A DNA stretch of 64,000 bases from Candidatus Magasanikiibacteriota bacterium (GTDB lineage Bacteria > Patescibacteriota > Patescibacteriia > Magasanikbacterales > UBA922): the NCBI GenBank assembly GCA_003482855.1, contig DMXO01000002.1, positions 112,114-176,113 of the forward strand. The letters run 5' to 3'. The notes under the pieces were generated by a model. That model was given only the letters and a program-made list of their open reading frames with translations. It was not told the DNA's origin and ran no database searches. This document shows positions 1-11,500 of this stretch, piece after piece. How positions within the stretch are numbered: position 1 is the stretch's first letter; each line of letters starts with the position of its first letter. The position numbers and the translations under genes were made by a program.

Positions 1-1253
<1,253 letters not shown>

Positions 1254-2267
1254 TTATTTAAGTAAACCCTTTATTTCGTCAATCACCTTCTCATCTACCT
1301 CAATCCACCCTCTCTTCAAACATATCTTTTTGTGCCTATATGCACGCTCGCCTGGGATCAAAATTTCTCTCACGCCTTTTCGTTTACGTGAACGCTTTAA
1401 CTGCTTCACTAATTCGCTGTTTTGCCTTTTAAATATTTTGATATCAACAAACTTACTTGGATCAATGGCAATAAATAACGCTCCGCGTAAACCAACTCCC
1501 ACTACACCTGGCGCGTCTTTTTTCAACCATAACTTTTTTGAACCAAATCCAGAACGAACCAACGTGCCAGTAAGCAATTCCACCAACAACCCCATAATAT
1601 ATCCCTTGTAACCACCGAAGGGTAAAGCAGAAAAGACATTATTTGGATCTATTGTAATATTACCTCGTTCATCCAAAAAGCAATCGGGTGATAATGTGCG
1701 CCCCTCTGCCTTGGCCAACCGTATTTCACCCCACGCCCGCTCTGAGACTGCCATATCAGCGACAATAGGGTCTGCTGTGGTTGGGATGGCATACCCAATA
1801 GGATTGGTACTTATAACAGGATCTATGCCACCATAAGGAGCAACTAATGATCCACCACCGTTATGAAATACTAACCCAACCAAATCATGCCGAGTGATAG
1901 ATTCTGCTTGACTACCCGGGCGAAGCAACGCCTGTGCGTTATAAGAGCCAACCATAGCTATCCCAAATTTCTTTGCTTTTTTGATAACTAATTTTCGTGC
2001 GACTTCAGCTACGAGCTGCCCTGCCTGGCGATTTCCATTGATAAGCGCAAAGGCTTGTTTGTCTTTCTCAATTTTTATTTTACGACCTTTCTCCTGTATA
2101 ATTTTCTCCATTCCGTGTTTAAAAGCAAATAGCCCATGAGTTTTCTTCCCCAACAGTTCCCCTTCTATATAATCATCAACAATGATTGAAGCATTCTTTT
2201 TTGCAATACCATGTACAGTTAAAACTTTTTTACACAATATTCTTATCTCGTCAATTTTTATTTTCAT
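1254..2267 (-). CDS. Ldh_2 family oxidoreductase (type 2 malate/L-lactate/sulfolactate dehydrogenase-like)
   Basis: THG, TNPIGYAIP, ALPFGGYKGY and ILIPGE motifs are typical of the family. Confidence 0.85.
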   Translation of the reverse strand: MKIKIDEIRILCKKVLTVHGIAKKNASIIVDDYIEGELLGKKTHGLFAFKHGMEKIIQEKGRKIKIEKDKQAFALINGNRQAGQLVAEVARKLVIKKAKKFGIAMVGSYNAQALLRPGSQAESITRHDLVGLVFHNGGGSLVAPYGGIDPVISTNPIGYAIPTTADPIVADMAVSERAWGEIRLAKAEGRTLSPDCFLDERGNITIDPNNVFSALPFGGYKGYIMGLLVELLTGTLVRSGFGSKKLWLKKDAPGVVGVGLRGALFIAIDPSKFVDIKIFKRQNSELVKQLKRSRKRKGVREILIPGERAYRHKKICLKRGWIEVDEKVIDEIKGLLK

Positions 2268-2284
2268 AAACTCAAATTAGACAA

Positions 2285-3061
2285 TCAAAAACTCAAAAAA
2301 CTCAGATACCAGCTAAGTATTCGTTCACCCCACACCATTACTACAAACGTCGCGCTCGTCAAAAAAACCCCGAATGGCACCTGACTTTTCATTGTTTTCT
2401 TTTTTGAAACAAGTAAACCAACACTTATAATTGCCCCAACCACATATGCAATCCACAATGCCAAAAGCAACAATTTCCAACCCAAAATAACACCCATAAG
2501 TATACCAATCCTGATATCTCCTCCCCCCACCCAACGTCCTTTTGATAATATATATTGCAGAAGAAAAAAAAGACCACCCAAACAGGCACCGATAAGTAAG
2601 GGGAACCATTCACCCCCCCAAACAACATATCCCCCGATAAAAAATAAAATAACTGCTGACCCAAGTGTGATACTATCTACCACCTCCATATATATGAGAT
2701 CATATACAAAAATAAACGAAAGTACCCACATAACAAACCAATGCAATACTACTATAGGAAAGACCATCCCTACTACACTCCACTCAAACCATACAACAAA
2801 CACAAATACTATTCCCATCCATAACTCTACCAACGGATACTGCCATGATATTTTTTCTTTGCACATTCGACAACGGCTACGTAATAATAAAAAACTAAAC
2901 AATGGTATATTGTCATACCATGCAATCTGCTTTAAACAATGAGGACACTTAGACCGTTCTGTGATCTTATTGTGTGTATGGAGACGCCAAACAATAGCAT
3001 TCAAAAAACTGCCAAAAGACACTCCGAGTAATGCTACAATAAAATACAAAAATAACATCAT
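2285..3061 (-). CDS. pilD: Prepilin peptidase (A24)
   Basis: GSFLNAIVWRL, RSKCPHC..WYDNIPLFSFLLLRSRCRMC, YPLVEL, GGGDIR and PFGVFL motifs. Confidence 0.93.
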   Translation of the reverse strand: MMLFLYFIVALLGVSFGSFLNAIVWRLHTHNKITERSKCPHCLKQIAWYDNIPLFSFLLLRSRCRMCKEKISWQYPLVELWMGIVFVFVVWFEWSVVGMVFPIVVLHWFVMWVLSFIFVYDLIYMEVVDSITLGSAVILFFIGGYVVWGGEWFPLLIGACLGGLFFLLQYILSKGRWVGGGDIRIGILMGVILGWKLLLLALWIAYVVGAIISVGLLVSKKKTMKSQVPFGVFLTSATFVVMVWGERILSWYLSFLSF

Positions 3062-3092
3062 ATAGGCTTATTATAGCAAAAAAACAAAATAA

Positions 3093-3119
3093 AAAAAAGC
3101 CCCTTTTACGAGGCTTTTT
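3093..3119. terminator. Intrinsic terminator-like hairpin after pilin gene
   Basis: AAAAAGCCCC-TTTTAC-GAGGCTTTTT with A/T tracts on both sides. Confidence 0.6.
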
Positions 3120-3135
3120 ATTCATCAACCTAGAA

Positions 3136-3573
3136 CTATTGTGTAAGACCTGATGGGGTGGCACTCACTGTACCTGCTACGAAATTACCAGCGCCAACTT
3201 CGAGCACTGCGGTAATGACATAATCAGTACCAGCGCTAGAATTGTATGTGTAATATTCAGCTGAACCAGGACCTGCTGGGACAAGACCCATATATGGACT
3301 TGCACAACCAGAAGCTCCAAAACCACTAGAACCAAGACAAGTATAGTTACCTGTTCCAAGATTTACTTGGGCAGTAGTGGTAGGATATGAATTATTATCT
3401 GTATAGTACAATTCAAGTGCAGTCTGTACTTGTTTGACGTCAGCAAGACGCTTTGAGTCATTTGCTTTCTTACGTGCTGAACCTAGAGCAACTACAGCAA
3501 GTGTAGATAGCAAACCAATAATAGCGATAACAACCAAAAGTTCAATCAATGTAAAACCTTTCTTATTATTCAT
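3136..3573 (-). CDS. Type IV pilin / GspG-like pseudopilin
   Basis: KKG|FTLIELLVVIAIIGLL class III signal. ATG 3573 is preceded by a GGGGGTGA Shine-Dalgarno sequence. Confidence 0.92.
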   Translation of the reverse strand: MNNKKGFTLIELLVVIAIIGLLSTLAVVALGSARKKANDSKRLADVKQVQTALELYYTDNNSYPTTTAQVNLGTGNYTCLGSSGFGASGCASPYMGLVPAGPGSAEYYTYNSSAGTDYVITAVLEVGAGNFVAGTVSATPSGLTQ

Positions 3574-3618
3574 GTGTATCACCCCCTTCCGATGCGAGAT
3601 GTATAGTTCCCATAATTT

Positions 3619-4002
3619 TTATAGGCCTAATACTTTTTTAACTTTTTCTACTGTTTCAGATGGTTTGAAATGTGCTTTGATAAGGTAGTCAACAGCACCC
3701 ATTTCAAGACCCTTTTCTACATCGTCTTTTTGACCCAAGTTGGTCAATAAGATAACGGGGATATCTTTTGTTGTTTCGTCCTTTTTGAGATTCTCCAAAA
3801 CAGCAAAACCATCCATTTTGGGCAACAAGATGTCAAGCAAGACAATATCCGGCTTTCTCTTTTTTACCGCCTCAAGGCCTGCTTCGCCATCTCCAGCTAC
3901 CGAGATATTAAATTTCTCCATCTCAAATTTGGTCTTGTAGATATTTGCCAAAAATGTATCATCCTCCACGAGAAGTATATGTATATCTTTCTTATCTGCC
4001 AT
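3619..4002 (-). CDS. Single-domain response regulator (receiver only)
   Basis: ILLVEDD, PDIVLLDILLPKMDG, VILLTN and DYLIK motifs. Likely start is MADKK at 4002. Confidence 0.9.
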   Translation of the reverse strand: MADKKDIHILLVEDDTFLANIYKTKFEMEKFNISVAGDGEAGLEAVKKRKPDIVLLDILLPKMDGFAVLENLKKDETTKDIPVILLTNLGQKDDVEKGLEMGAVDYLIKAHFKPSETVEKVKKVLGL

Positions 4003-4078
4003 ACAAAAAATATTAAGATATATATAGTATATCAAAGAATAGATAAAAACCCTATATTTCGTTGTGGATAGAAAAATC

Positions 4079-5224
4079 TCAGAAATTTCGAAGTCCCAAA
4101 CCAATACTCACCGCCATACGGGGCCCTATTTCGCCCAATATACTCTTCAAACCATCCTGATATATGACACGAGCCCATGGATCACCCACAAACACTCTCA
4201 AAGGAAACATCTGTTGTATATACTCACTAATTGGAGGAAAAAGCCCTGCACCACCAGTTAGAATAATTTTTTCCGGACGTTTCGCCTCATTGCCACTCTG
4301 GTGCAAGTATAAATCAAGACTATATTGAATTTCTTTTGAGATAGGATCAAGGATACTCAAAAATAGGTCTGTGGTCATGCGTGACTGTAAAGATAGGTCT
4401 CTCTTTATCTGATCAACCTGCCCGATATCTACTCCGAGATGCTGGCTCAAAATTTTATCAAAATTATTACCCCCAATTTGGAGACTCCGGTGAGTCATCG
4501 GGACGCCGGCATCAATAATGAAAAAATTAGTACGTTCTGCACCCACATCGACCACCATAGACACTGTTGTATCTTTACCTACAAGGGAGCGGGCAAGGGC
4601 AAAAGCTTCAGTTTCGAGCTCCTCGAGTTGCAGGCCCGCGCGCTGAAATATGGCTGTATAAAAAGCCACAAGCGCTTTGGGGGCTGCTGTCACAAGAAGT
4701 GTCATATACTTCTTCTCTCGTTCTGGATCTTTGGTAATTTTTTGATGCACTATTTGCATGTCATCTATGGGACTGGTGATCATCTTGGCGACTTCTGCCC
4801 TCACAATCTGGGGTATTTCCTTATCACTTACATGAGGCAAATTGAGAATAGCATGAAATACGTACGATACTGGCAAACTTGAAGTAACACGGTGAGATTG
4901 TACCCGTGCTTTTTGAATCAACAATTTTAAAAGCTCTGCATATTCATTGATACGTGCATCTTTGAGGATAAGTTCTTGGGCAGAAGTTGGTTCTTTCTTG
5001 TCTTGCTTCTTTTTTTCATTTTCATACTGTATATCACGCTCGTGCAAGAGATCTTGTAGATCTTTCTCTGGAGGAGTCTGGACATGTACATCAAGTTCTT
5101 TATCAAGGATACCATATGTCCACAGTTGAGGTCTGCCTTTTGTCTTGTGTAATTCAACAAGCTTGATACCATGTGCACCAATATCTATGCCAAGATAATT
5201 TTCTTTTTTTGAGAATAAACCCAT
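4079..5224 (-). CDS. pilM: Type IV pilus assembly protein PilM
   Basis: Actin-like fold motifs LGIDIG..IKLVEL, VDVGAERT, IGGNNF, ILTGGAG and C-terminal AVSIGLGLR. Confidence 0.88.
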   Translation of the reverse strand: MGLFSKKENYLGIDIGAHGIKLVELHKTKGRPQLWTYGILDKELDVHVQTPPEKDLQDLLHERDIQYENEKKKQDKKEPTSAQELILKDARINEYAELLKLLIQKARVQSHRVTSSLPVSYVFHAILNLPHVSDKEIPQIVRAEVAKMITSPIDDMQIVHQKITKDPEREKKYMTLLVTAAPKALVAFYTAIFQRAGLQLEELETEAFALARSLVGKDTTVSMVVDVGAERTNFFIIDAGVPMTHRSLQIGGNNFDKILSQHLGVDIGQVDQIKRDLSLQSRMTTDLFLSILDPISKEIQYSLDLYLHQSGNEAKRPEKIILTGGAGLFPPISEYIQQMFPLRVFVGDPWARVIYQDGLKSILGEIGPRMAVSIGLGLRNF

Positions 5225-5355
5225 AAACGAAATTTATAAAATTGACTATAGTATACCATATTTCGAATTTTGACACTATAACAGGTTAATAAATTCACCT
5301 AATTACCTAATTCACCTAATTTCTAACAAAGTTCCTAATATCTAAATTGAATCTT

Positions 5356-6312
5356 TTAATTTTTATTAGGTGAATTAGAAATTAGAAAATTAGGTGAATT
5401 CTCTGATATTTCGATACCATTTATTCCAATTCCAAATTCTATATCTCCCTGCTGATCCGTTCTCCACACCGTACTCGACGCTCGTTCAAGCCGTTTCAAA
5501 ACACGACGAGAAGGATGGCCAAATTTATTACTTACTCCCGCCGAAGCAATCGCATGTAAAGGCGTAACTACGTTGATAAATTCCTGTATTGATGAACTGT
5601 CACTGCCATGATGACCAAGTTTGAGTATATCTGAATCAAGCTGATCTCCATATATTGAAAGCAAATATTTTTCCAAAGGCTCTTCGGCATCACCCATCAT
5701 CAGTACTGAGTACCCTCCATAGGATAGCTCAAAAATAATAGACGTATTATTATTGTTGGATTCCTTATTCAAACCTGGAATTTTCGAATCACCAGACAAA
5801 GAATGATCCGGATACAAAAAATGCAATGAAGAACTTCCAATATTCCAAACATCCTCTTTGTTTATTTCAATATGATCGCCACTTTCTAAATCTTTTGCAC
5901 TCAAAAAAGCATCCCACTGCGAATCGTTATTCTTCTCGAATCCAGTATGTACAATATGCCGCACATCAAACCTATTGAGTACATCTTCACAACCTCCAAA
6001 ATGATCTGAATCCGGGTGTGTGACAACCATATAGTCAATATCGTGGTCATAATACGACATGACACGCCCGAGTGCTTCCAAAACCCTCGCATCTTCCGAA
6101 CAATCCACAAGCATTTGTTGACCATTATCAAATTCAATAAACGTGGCGTCTCCTTGACCAATATCCAAAAAAGTCATTTTAATTCCTTCAAATTGTTCTA
6201 CCTTTTCTCCAGCCACGTCTTGTGTGACTTCATTTTTATCACGCTTCACAAACCAAAGCATGGCACATACTATGACGAGAAGAATACCTATTGTGATAAG
6301 CAGTTTTTTCAT
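5356..6312 (-). CDS. ComEC-type metallo-beta-lactamase-fold protein (stand-alone ComEC C-terminal domain)
   Basis: FLDIGQGDA, THPDSDHFGG, GDAE, LKLGHHGS, NKFGHP and RTDQQG motifs, plus an N-terminal anchor. Confidence 0.9.
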   Translation of the reverse strand: MKKLLITIGILLVIVCAMLWFVKRDKNEVTQDVAGEKVEQFEGIKMTFLDIGQGDATFIEFDNGQQMLVDCSEDARVLEALGRVMSYYDHDIDYMVVTHPDSDHFGGCEDVLNRFDVRHIVHTGFEKNNDSQWDAFLSAKDLESGDHIEINKEDVWNIGSSSLHFLYPDHSLSGDSKIPGLNKESNNNNTSIIFELSYGGYSVLMMGDAEEPLEKYLLSIYGDQLDSDILKLGHHGSDSSSIQEFINVVTPLHAIASAGVSNKFGHPSRRVLKRLERASSTVWRTDQQGDIEFGIGINGIEISENSPNFLISNSPNKN

Positions 6313-6379
6313 AGCGCGAGTAGAAAGTAAAAAGTATAAAGTTGAAAATTATATATAATCAATTATTTCTTTCTACTTG

Positions 6380-6985
6380 TTACTTTATACACTTAATAAT
6401 CTGATTCACCCACACCTCACCCTCTTTTACAAACTGCTCTTCCTCAACACTAAACGCCAATTCTTCGAGCAACTCTCTAATTTTTTCAGGTCTGTGATAA
6501 TATGAATCAATAATGATTTTTCCTTTCTCCGTTTCAACCTCAGGCGGGCGCTTTTGGTTTATATTCGTAACTACAAAAAAACTGCCGGGTTTGAGCACAC
6601 GGTATACTTCATCAAAAAATCTTTTGGGATCTTTCAAATGTACAATTAGAAATGTGGCGATAACTCCATCAAATGCCTCATCGGAAAACGGCAAATTTTC
6701 CGCATCTCCAACCTCGACTTTTACCTTTCTACTTTTTACTTTCAACTTATTCAACATCTCTTCCGAAATATCCAACGCGACAACATCTGATCCTCTTTTG
6801 GCAAGTTCAACTGAAACCCGCCCTGTCCCTGCACCAACATCAAGAATTTTCTTTCCTAAAACGTCTCCAACCAAATTCCACAAAACATCTTTTTCAAAAC
6901 TATCTAGATAGGATTTCTTTTTGTCGTAATTTTTTGCAGCGAGATTGTAGCCTTCTTGTGAATCGAGTATTTTTATTTTTTTCAT
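6380..6985 (-). CDS. Class I SAM-dependent methyltransferase
   Basis: ILDVGAGTG, GDAENLPF and RVLKPG motifs. Confidence 0.9.
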   Translation of the reverse strand: MKKIKILDSQEGYNLAAKNYDKKKSYLDSFEKDVLWNLVGDVLGKKILDVGAGTGRVSVELAKRGSDVVALDISEEMLNKLKVKSRKVKVEVGDAENLPFSDEAFDGVIATFLIVHLKDPKRFFDEVYRVLKPGSFFVVTNINQKRPPEVETEKGKIIIDSYYHRPEKIRELLEELAFSVEEEQFVKEGEVWVNQIIKCIK

Positions 6986-6988
6986 ACT

Positions 6989-8509
6989 TCAAACTTTATA
7001 CTTTCTACTTTTAACTACCACAAAGTATATCATAATTCCATACAGAATCACCATTACCCACCATGGGAAACTGATATCAAGCGAAGAAAAATGTAAACCA
7101 GCAAACCATTTCACTGTTTGGACGATATATTCCATTCCCACCCAGGATATCCATGATAATACGAGAGCCAGTGGCTTGAATATGAAACTAATAAGAACAG
7201 TAAAAAAACCAAAAGCCATAATGATAGGGATCGTCCAAAGAATAAGCACATTTACAATTGGCGCAACAATAGATAGCCGTCCAAATTGAAACAAAATTAA
7301 TGGTAATGTGGCAATAATAGCGGCGAGTGTTGATAACAAAGATTCTCGCAATCCCAAAAATTCTGGAATTTTATCAAATGGCTTACGAATGGCTGGGGTA
7401 AGATACACAAGGCCAAGTGTAGAAATAAATGATAATTGGAATCCAGCGTCATATATCAAAATATAAGGATTTTGCAATGTCATGACTGTTGCTGTGAGTA
7501 CAAGAACATTTCCAATACGCGAAGTTCTGCCAACCTGTTTTGCGAGCAATGTTATAATACCCATTATCCCCGCTCGTACAACTGATGCGCTTGCTCCAGC
7601 AAAAATGACAAATAACACAATTCCACCGACAATAATCCAGAATGCTTTTTTGCGTGGAATATATAAATACACGCACATGGTAATCAAAATCGTCGCAATA
7701 ATCGTAATATTATACCCAGAAATTGCCACAATATGTGTAACACCTGTTTTTGAAAATAAATCTTGTAACTCACCAAGTCCACCACGATAGCCGTATAATA
7801 ATCCTGCCATAAAACTCGCATATGGTTCATGCCACAACTCATTTATTCTTTGTGCAATTACTTGTTTCAACGTAAATATACCACGCAATACACCATTCCC
7901 CTCACCTGATCCCATCTTTTTGATTTCAGAATTTTGACATAGCGTAAATACACCGTATCTCGCTAAATATTTATCATAGGCAAAATCATTTATTTGTTCT
8001 GGCTTCTCAAGATTGCATTTAATTTCTAATCTGTCACCGTATTCATATCGCGGATATAACGTGGATTTCAAATATATATATCCTTCTATGACATAATTTT
8101 GTACGGGTGGCTCTAGAGCCACCCCTTCACCAGCAATCATTTCTTCAATGCCCACAATATATCGCACGCCGTCCATCCTCACATCCGGCTCTACACTTAC
8201 ATACCCAACAACCGTCTTCTTTACCCCAACATAATGCACAATATTTTGCTCTGTATCTTGCGGAATTGAAATGCTATATCTCCATATTCCAAATGTTGCA
8301 AAAAATATACAGAATAATATAAAGCGGAATAATTTATTTTTCCAATAGATTATGATGAAAAAAATAGAAACGGATAGAGATACAAAGAGATAGAGTACAT
8401 CTATTTTAAAATCAAAAATTGAAACAATTCCAACGCCCAATAAAAAACAAAAGCAAAACGAAAAAAACGTCTTGCTTTTTGATTGTATAATCTGTTGTAT
8501 CCCCTCCAT
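6989..8509 (-). CDS. comEC: ComEC/Rec2 competence channel (OB plus membrane competence domain)
   Basis: GVTHIVAISGYNI, SASVVRAGIMG, DAGFQLSF and many TM segments. Start may be 8527. Confidence 0.9.
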   Translation of the reverse strand: MEGIQQIIQSKSKTFFSFCFCFLLGVGIVSIFDFKIDVLYLFVSLSVSIFFIIIYWKNKLFRFILFCIFFATFGIWRYSISIPQDTEQNIVHYVGVKKTVVGYVSVEPDVRMDGVRYIVGIEEMIAGEGVALEPPVQNYVIEGYIYLKSTLYPRYEYGDRLEIKCNLEKPEQINDFAYDKYLARYGVFTLCQNSEIKKMGSGEGNGVLRGIFTLKQVIAQRINELWHEPYASFMAGLLYGYRGGLGELQDLFSKTGVTHIVAISGYNITIIATILITMCVYLYIPRKKAFWIIVGGIVLFVIFAGASASVVRAGIMGIITLLAKQVGRTSRIGNVLVLTATVMTLQNPYILIYDAGFQLSFISTLGLVYLTPAIRKPFDKIPEFLGLRESLLSTLAAIIATLPLILFQFGRLSIVAPIVNVLILWTIPIIMAFGFFTVLISFIFKPLALVLSWISWVGMEYIVQTVKWFAGLHFSSLDISFPWWVMVILYGIMIYFVVVKSRKYKV

Positions 8510-8519
8510 AGTAAGCCCT

Positions 8520-11500
8520 TTAGACAACTATAGAAATCAGCTTTCCCTTCACATAAATCACTTTTTTCGGTTCTTTCCCTTCCAGCCATTTGATCACTTT
8601 TCCACTTCTTAATGCTTCTACCTTTGCATCTTCTTCTGAAATATCTGTTGAAACAGTAATCGTATCGCGCAATTTTCCATTTATCTGTATAGCAAGGGTG
8701 ACAGTATTTTCTTTAGTTAATTCTGGATCGTATACTGGCCAAGGCTGAGTGGTCACAGTATCTTTATTCCCTAGTCTATACCACAATTCTTCAGACATAT
8801 GAGGTGCAAAAGGTGAAAGAAGTTTAATGAGTACAGTATACCCAACTTTTGAAATTTTTTCTTCTTTTAGGAGTACATTCGTGAACTGCATAAGCGCTGC
8901 AATGGCAGTATTAAATTTCAATGCTGCAACATCTTCGCCAACTTTTTTAATTGTTTGGTGCACAAGCGTTGTTAAACTATTACTCTTTGCTTCTGCCTCT
9001 ATTACTTTTTCTTGTAGATTCCAAACTTTATCAAGAAAACGCCTAATTCCTCTTACTCCATTCGTATCCCACGGCTTATCTTCCTCCAACGGCCCCATAA
9101 ACATTTCATACATCCTCATCGTATCCGCACCAAATTCATTGACCACATCTGTTGGATTTATCACATTCCCCCATCTCTTGCTCATCTTTCTATTGTCTGG
9201 TCCAAGAATCAATCCCTGGTGTCTATGAACTTTGAATGGTTCGTCTCCGACCAAGTCGGATCCGCCTTGGGCGGAAAAATCAATATAACCAGCATCGTAT
9301 AATACTTTGGTAAAAAATCGTGAATACAACAAATGCCCGTTCACATGTTCTGGCCCGCCAAGATAAAAATCAACGGGCATCCATTTTTTCAACGCTTCGG
9401 GCGATGCAAACTGCTGATCATTTTTGGGATCAAGATAGCGATAATAATACCAAGATGAACACATAAATGTATCAAGCGTATCTGGTTCGCGATGCCATCC
9501 CTTACCATATCTCTTTTCAACACCTTTTTGAAAATCTTCTGAATACGTCAATGGCGATTGACCTGTTGGTTTGAAGTCTACATCGTCTGGGAGAAGAACA
9601 GGAAGATCAGATTCAGAGACTGGCTTGAGACCAGTGACAATAGATTCCTCTAAAACAGAAGGTTCTATCTTCCCATTAAAATGTCTATCATTTGGTCTTG
9701 CTTTCACCAAACGAGCATCTAACAATTTTTGCATTTCTTCCAAATGTTCTTTTTTAATAGTTTTATAATCACAATCTGCAATCACTACAAATTCATCTGA
9801 TGATGATTTAATTTTTTCAAAATCAAATTCAAATGAATCACTGGCTTCTACGTCTGGACGTTTTTTGTCAGGAAAATCTGGTCGTAATACCGTGTCAACC
9901 AAAATCAATTTTGCAATTTTATTTTTCAATTTCTCCAAAATACGAAATGCAACTGGACCACCCAAACTATGTGCGACTATCACAGTATTTTCATCGATCG
10001 TGGTATTATTCAAAATATATTCGGCCCACTCAACTACATTTGGTTTGTCATTATGTGGCAAGTCTGGTGAAAAGACAGCATGTCCAAGCTGTTCTAACTC
10101 TTTTTTTAACCAAGGACGGAAATCATTATTACCCGTGGCTAAATAACCATGTATAAACACATAATTATATTTTCTATTTTTTCTTTCTTCATTAAACAAC
10201 ATCGGAATCGGTGCACCCCAAAACCGCTGACGAGAAACCGACCAGTCGCGGAGTTTGTATTGTACTTTTCGTTTGCCTATTCCCTTTTCTTCAAGCCATT
10301 GAATCATTTTTTCTTTGGCTTCTTGAGTTGAAAGGCCATCTAAAAAATTAGAATTTATTGCAGTGCCTTCACCTGAAAACAATCTCCCTGTTTTTTCCAA
10401 TGCCCTTCTTATAAATATTTCCTCTGAACCATTGTAAGTTTTCAATTTTTCAATAGCTTCATCTGGAGCCAACCAATTGGCCTCGTAATCTTCATAGCTC
10501 TCAAATGCAGTATCAGTTTTTTTATCACTCAACAATTTAAGCTTCAAGACCCTTTGTAATTTGTTCCATTGAATATTTTTGTCAACCGCATAAAAATTTG
10601 ATTCAATCATTCCTAGATCATCTACAACTTCATAATCCGTATACCCTGCTTCTTCGCGGAGTTCACGCTGTACTGTGTCTTCCACTGTCTCCCCCCGCTC
10701 CATCCCCCCAGATGGTAAACGATAAATATTAAACTTTTTATTAAACAAAACCAAAACCTTATCATCTTTAAAGACAACGGCCGCTGCTGAATCACGGTGT
10801 TTAGCGCTTTTATCAAAACCACCACAATGTTGAACAACTACATCTTTTATTGGTAAATTATATTTCTTCGCAAACTCAAAATCTCTTTCATCATGCGCTG
10901 GTACTGCCATAATTGCGCCAGTTCCATATGTTGCAAGTACATAATCAGCAACAAAAATAGGAATCTCTTCATTTTTCACGGGATTAATTGCTTTTATTCC
11001 TTTTAATTCTACACCTGTTTTTTCTTTCTGCACTTGACGATCAAGTTCAGTCTTTTTTGATGTTGCTTCAATATATTTTTCAACTTCATCCCAATTCTGG
11101 ACTTCGGACTTTAGACTACGGACTACAGCATGTTCAGGTGCTAGAACCATATATGTAGCTCCAAACAAAGTATCAGGTCTTGTAGTAAAAACCGTTATCT
11201 TCTTTTCTTGATTGTGGTCTGAAGTCTGAAGTCTGAAGTCTACTTCCGCTCCTTCCGACTTCCCAATCCAATCCTTCTGCCTTTTCTTCGTCTCTTCTGG
11301 CCAATCAAGTTTATCAATATCATTCAATAATCGTTCGGCATAATCAGTAATTTTGATATACCACTGTTCCATTTCTTTTTGAATAATCAAAGTATCACAT
11401 CGCTCGCAATGTCCTTCTTTTACTTGATCATTTGCAAGAACTGTTTTGCATGAATCACACCAATTCACTGATTGTTTTTTTCTATAGGCTAAACCGCGTT

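Noticed and set aside
9645..10805. LeuRS inserts as inteins
   Set aside because: No Cys/Ser-start and His-Asn-end splice motifs or LAGLIDADG blocks. The inserts look like Nudix and alpha/beta hydrolase domains.
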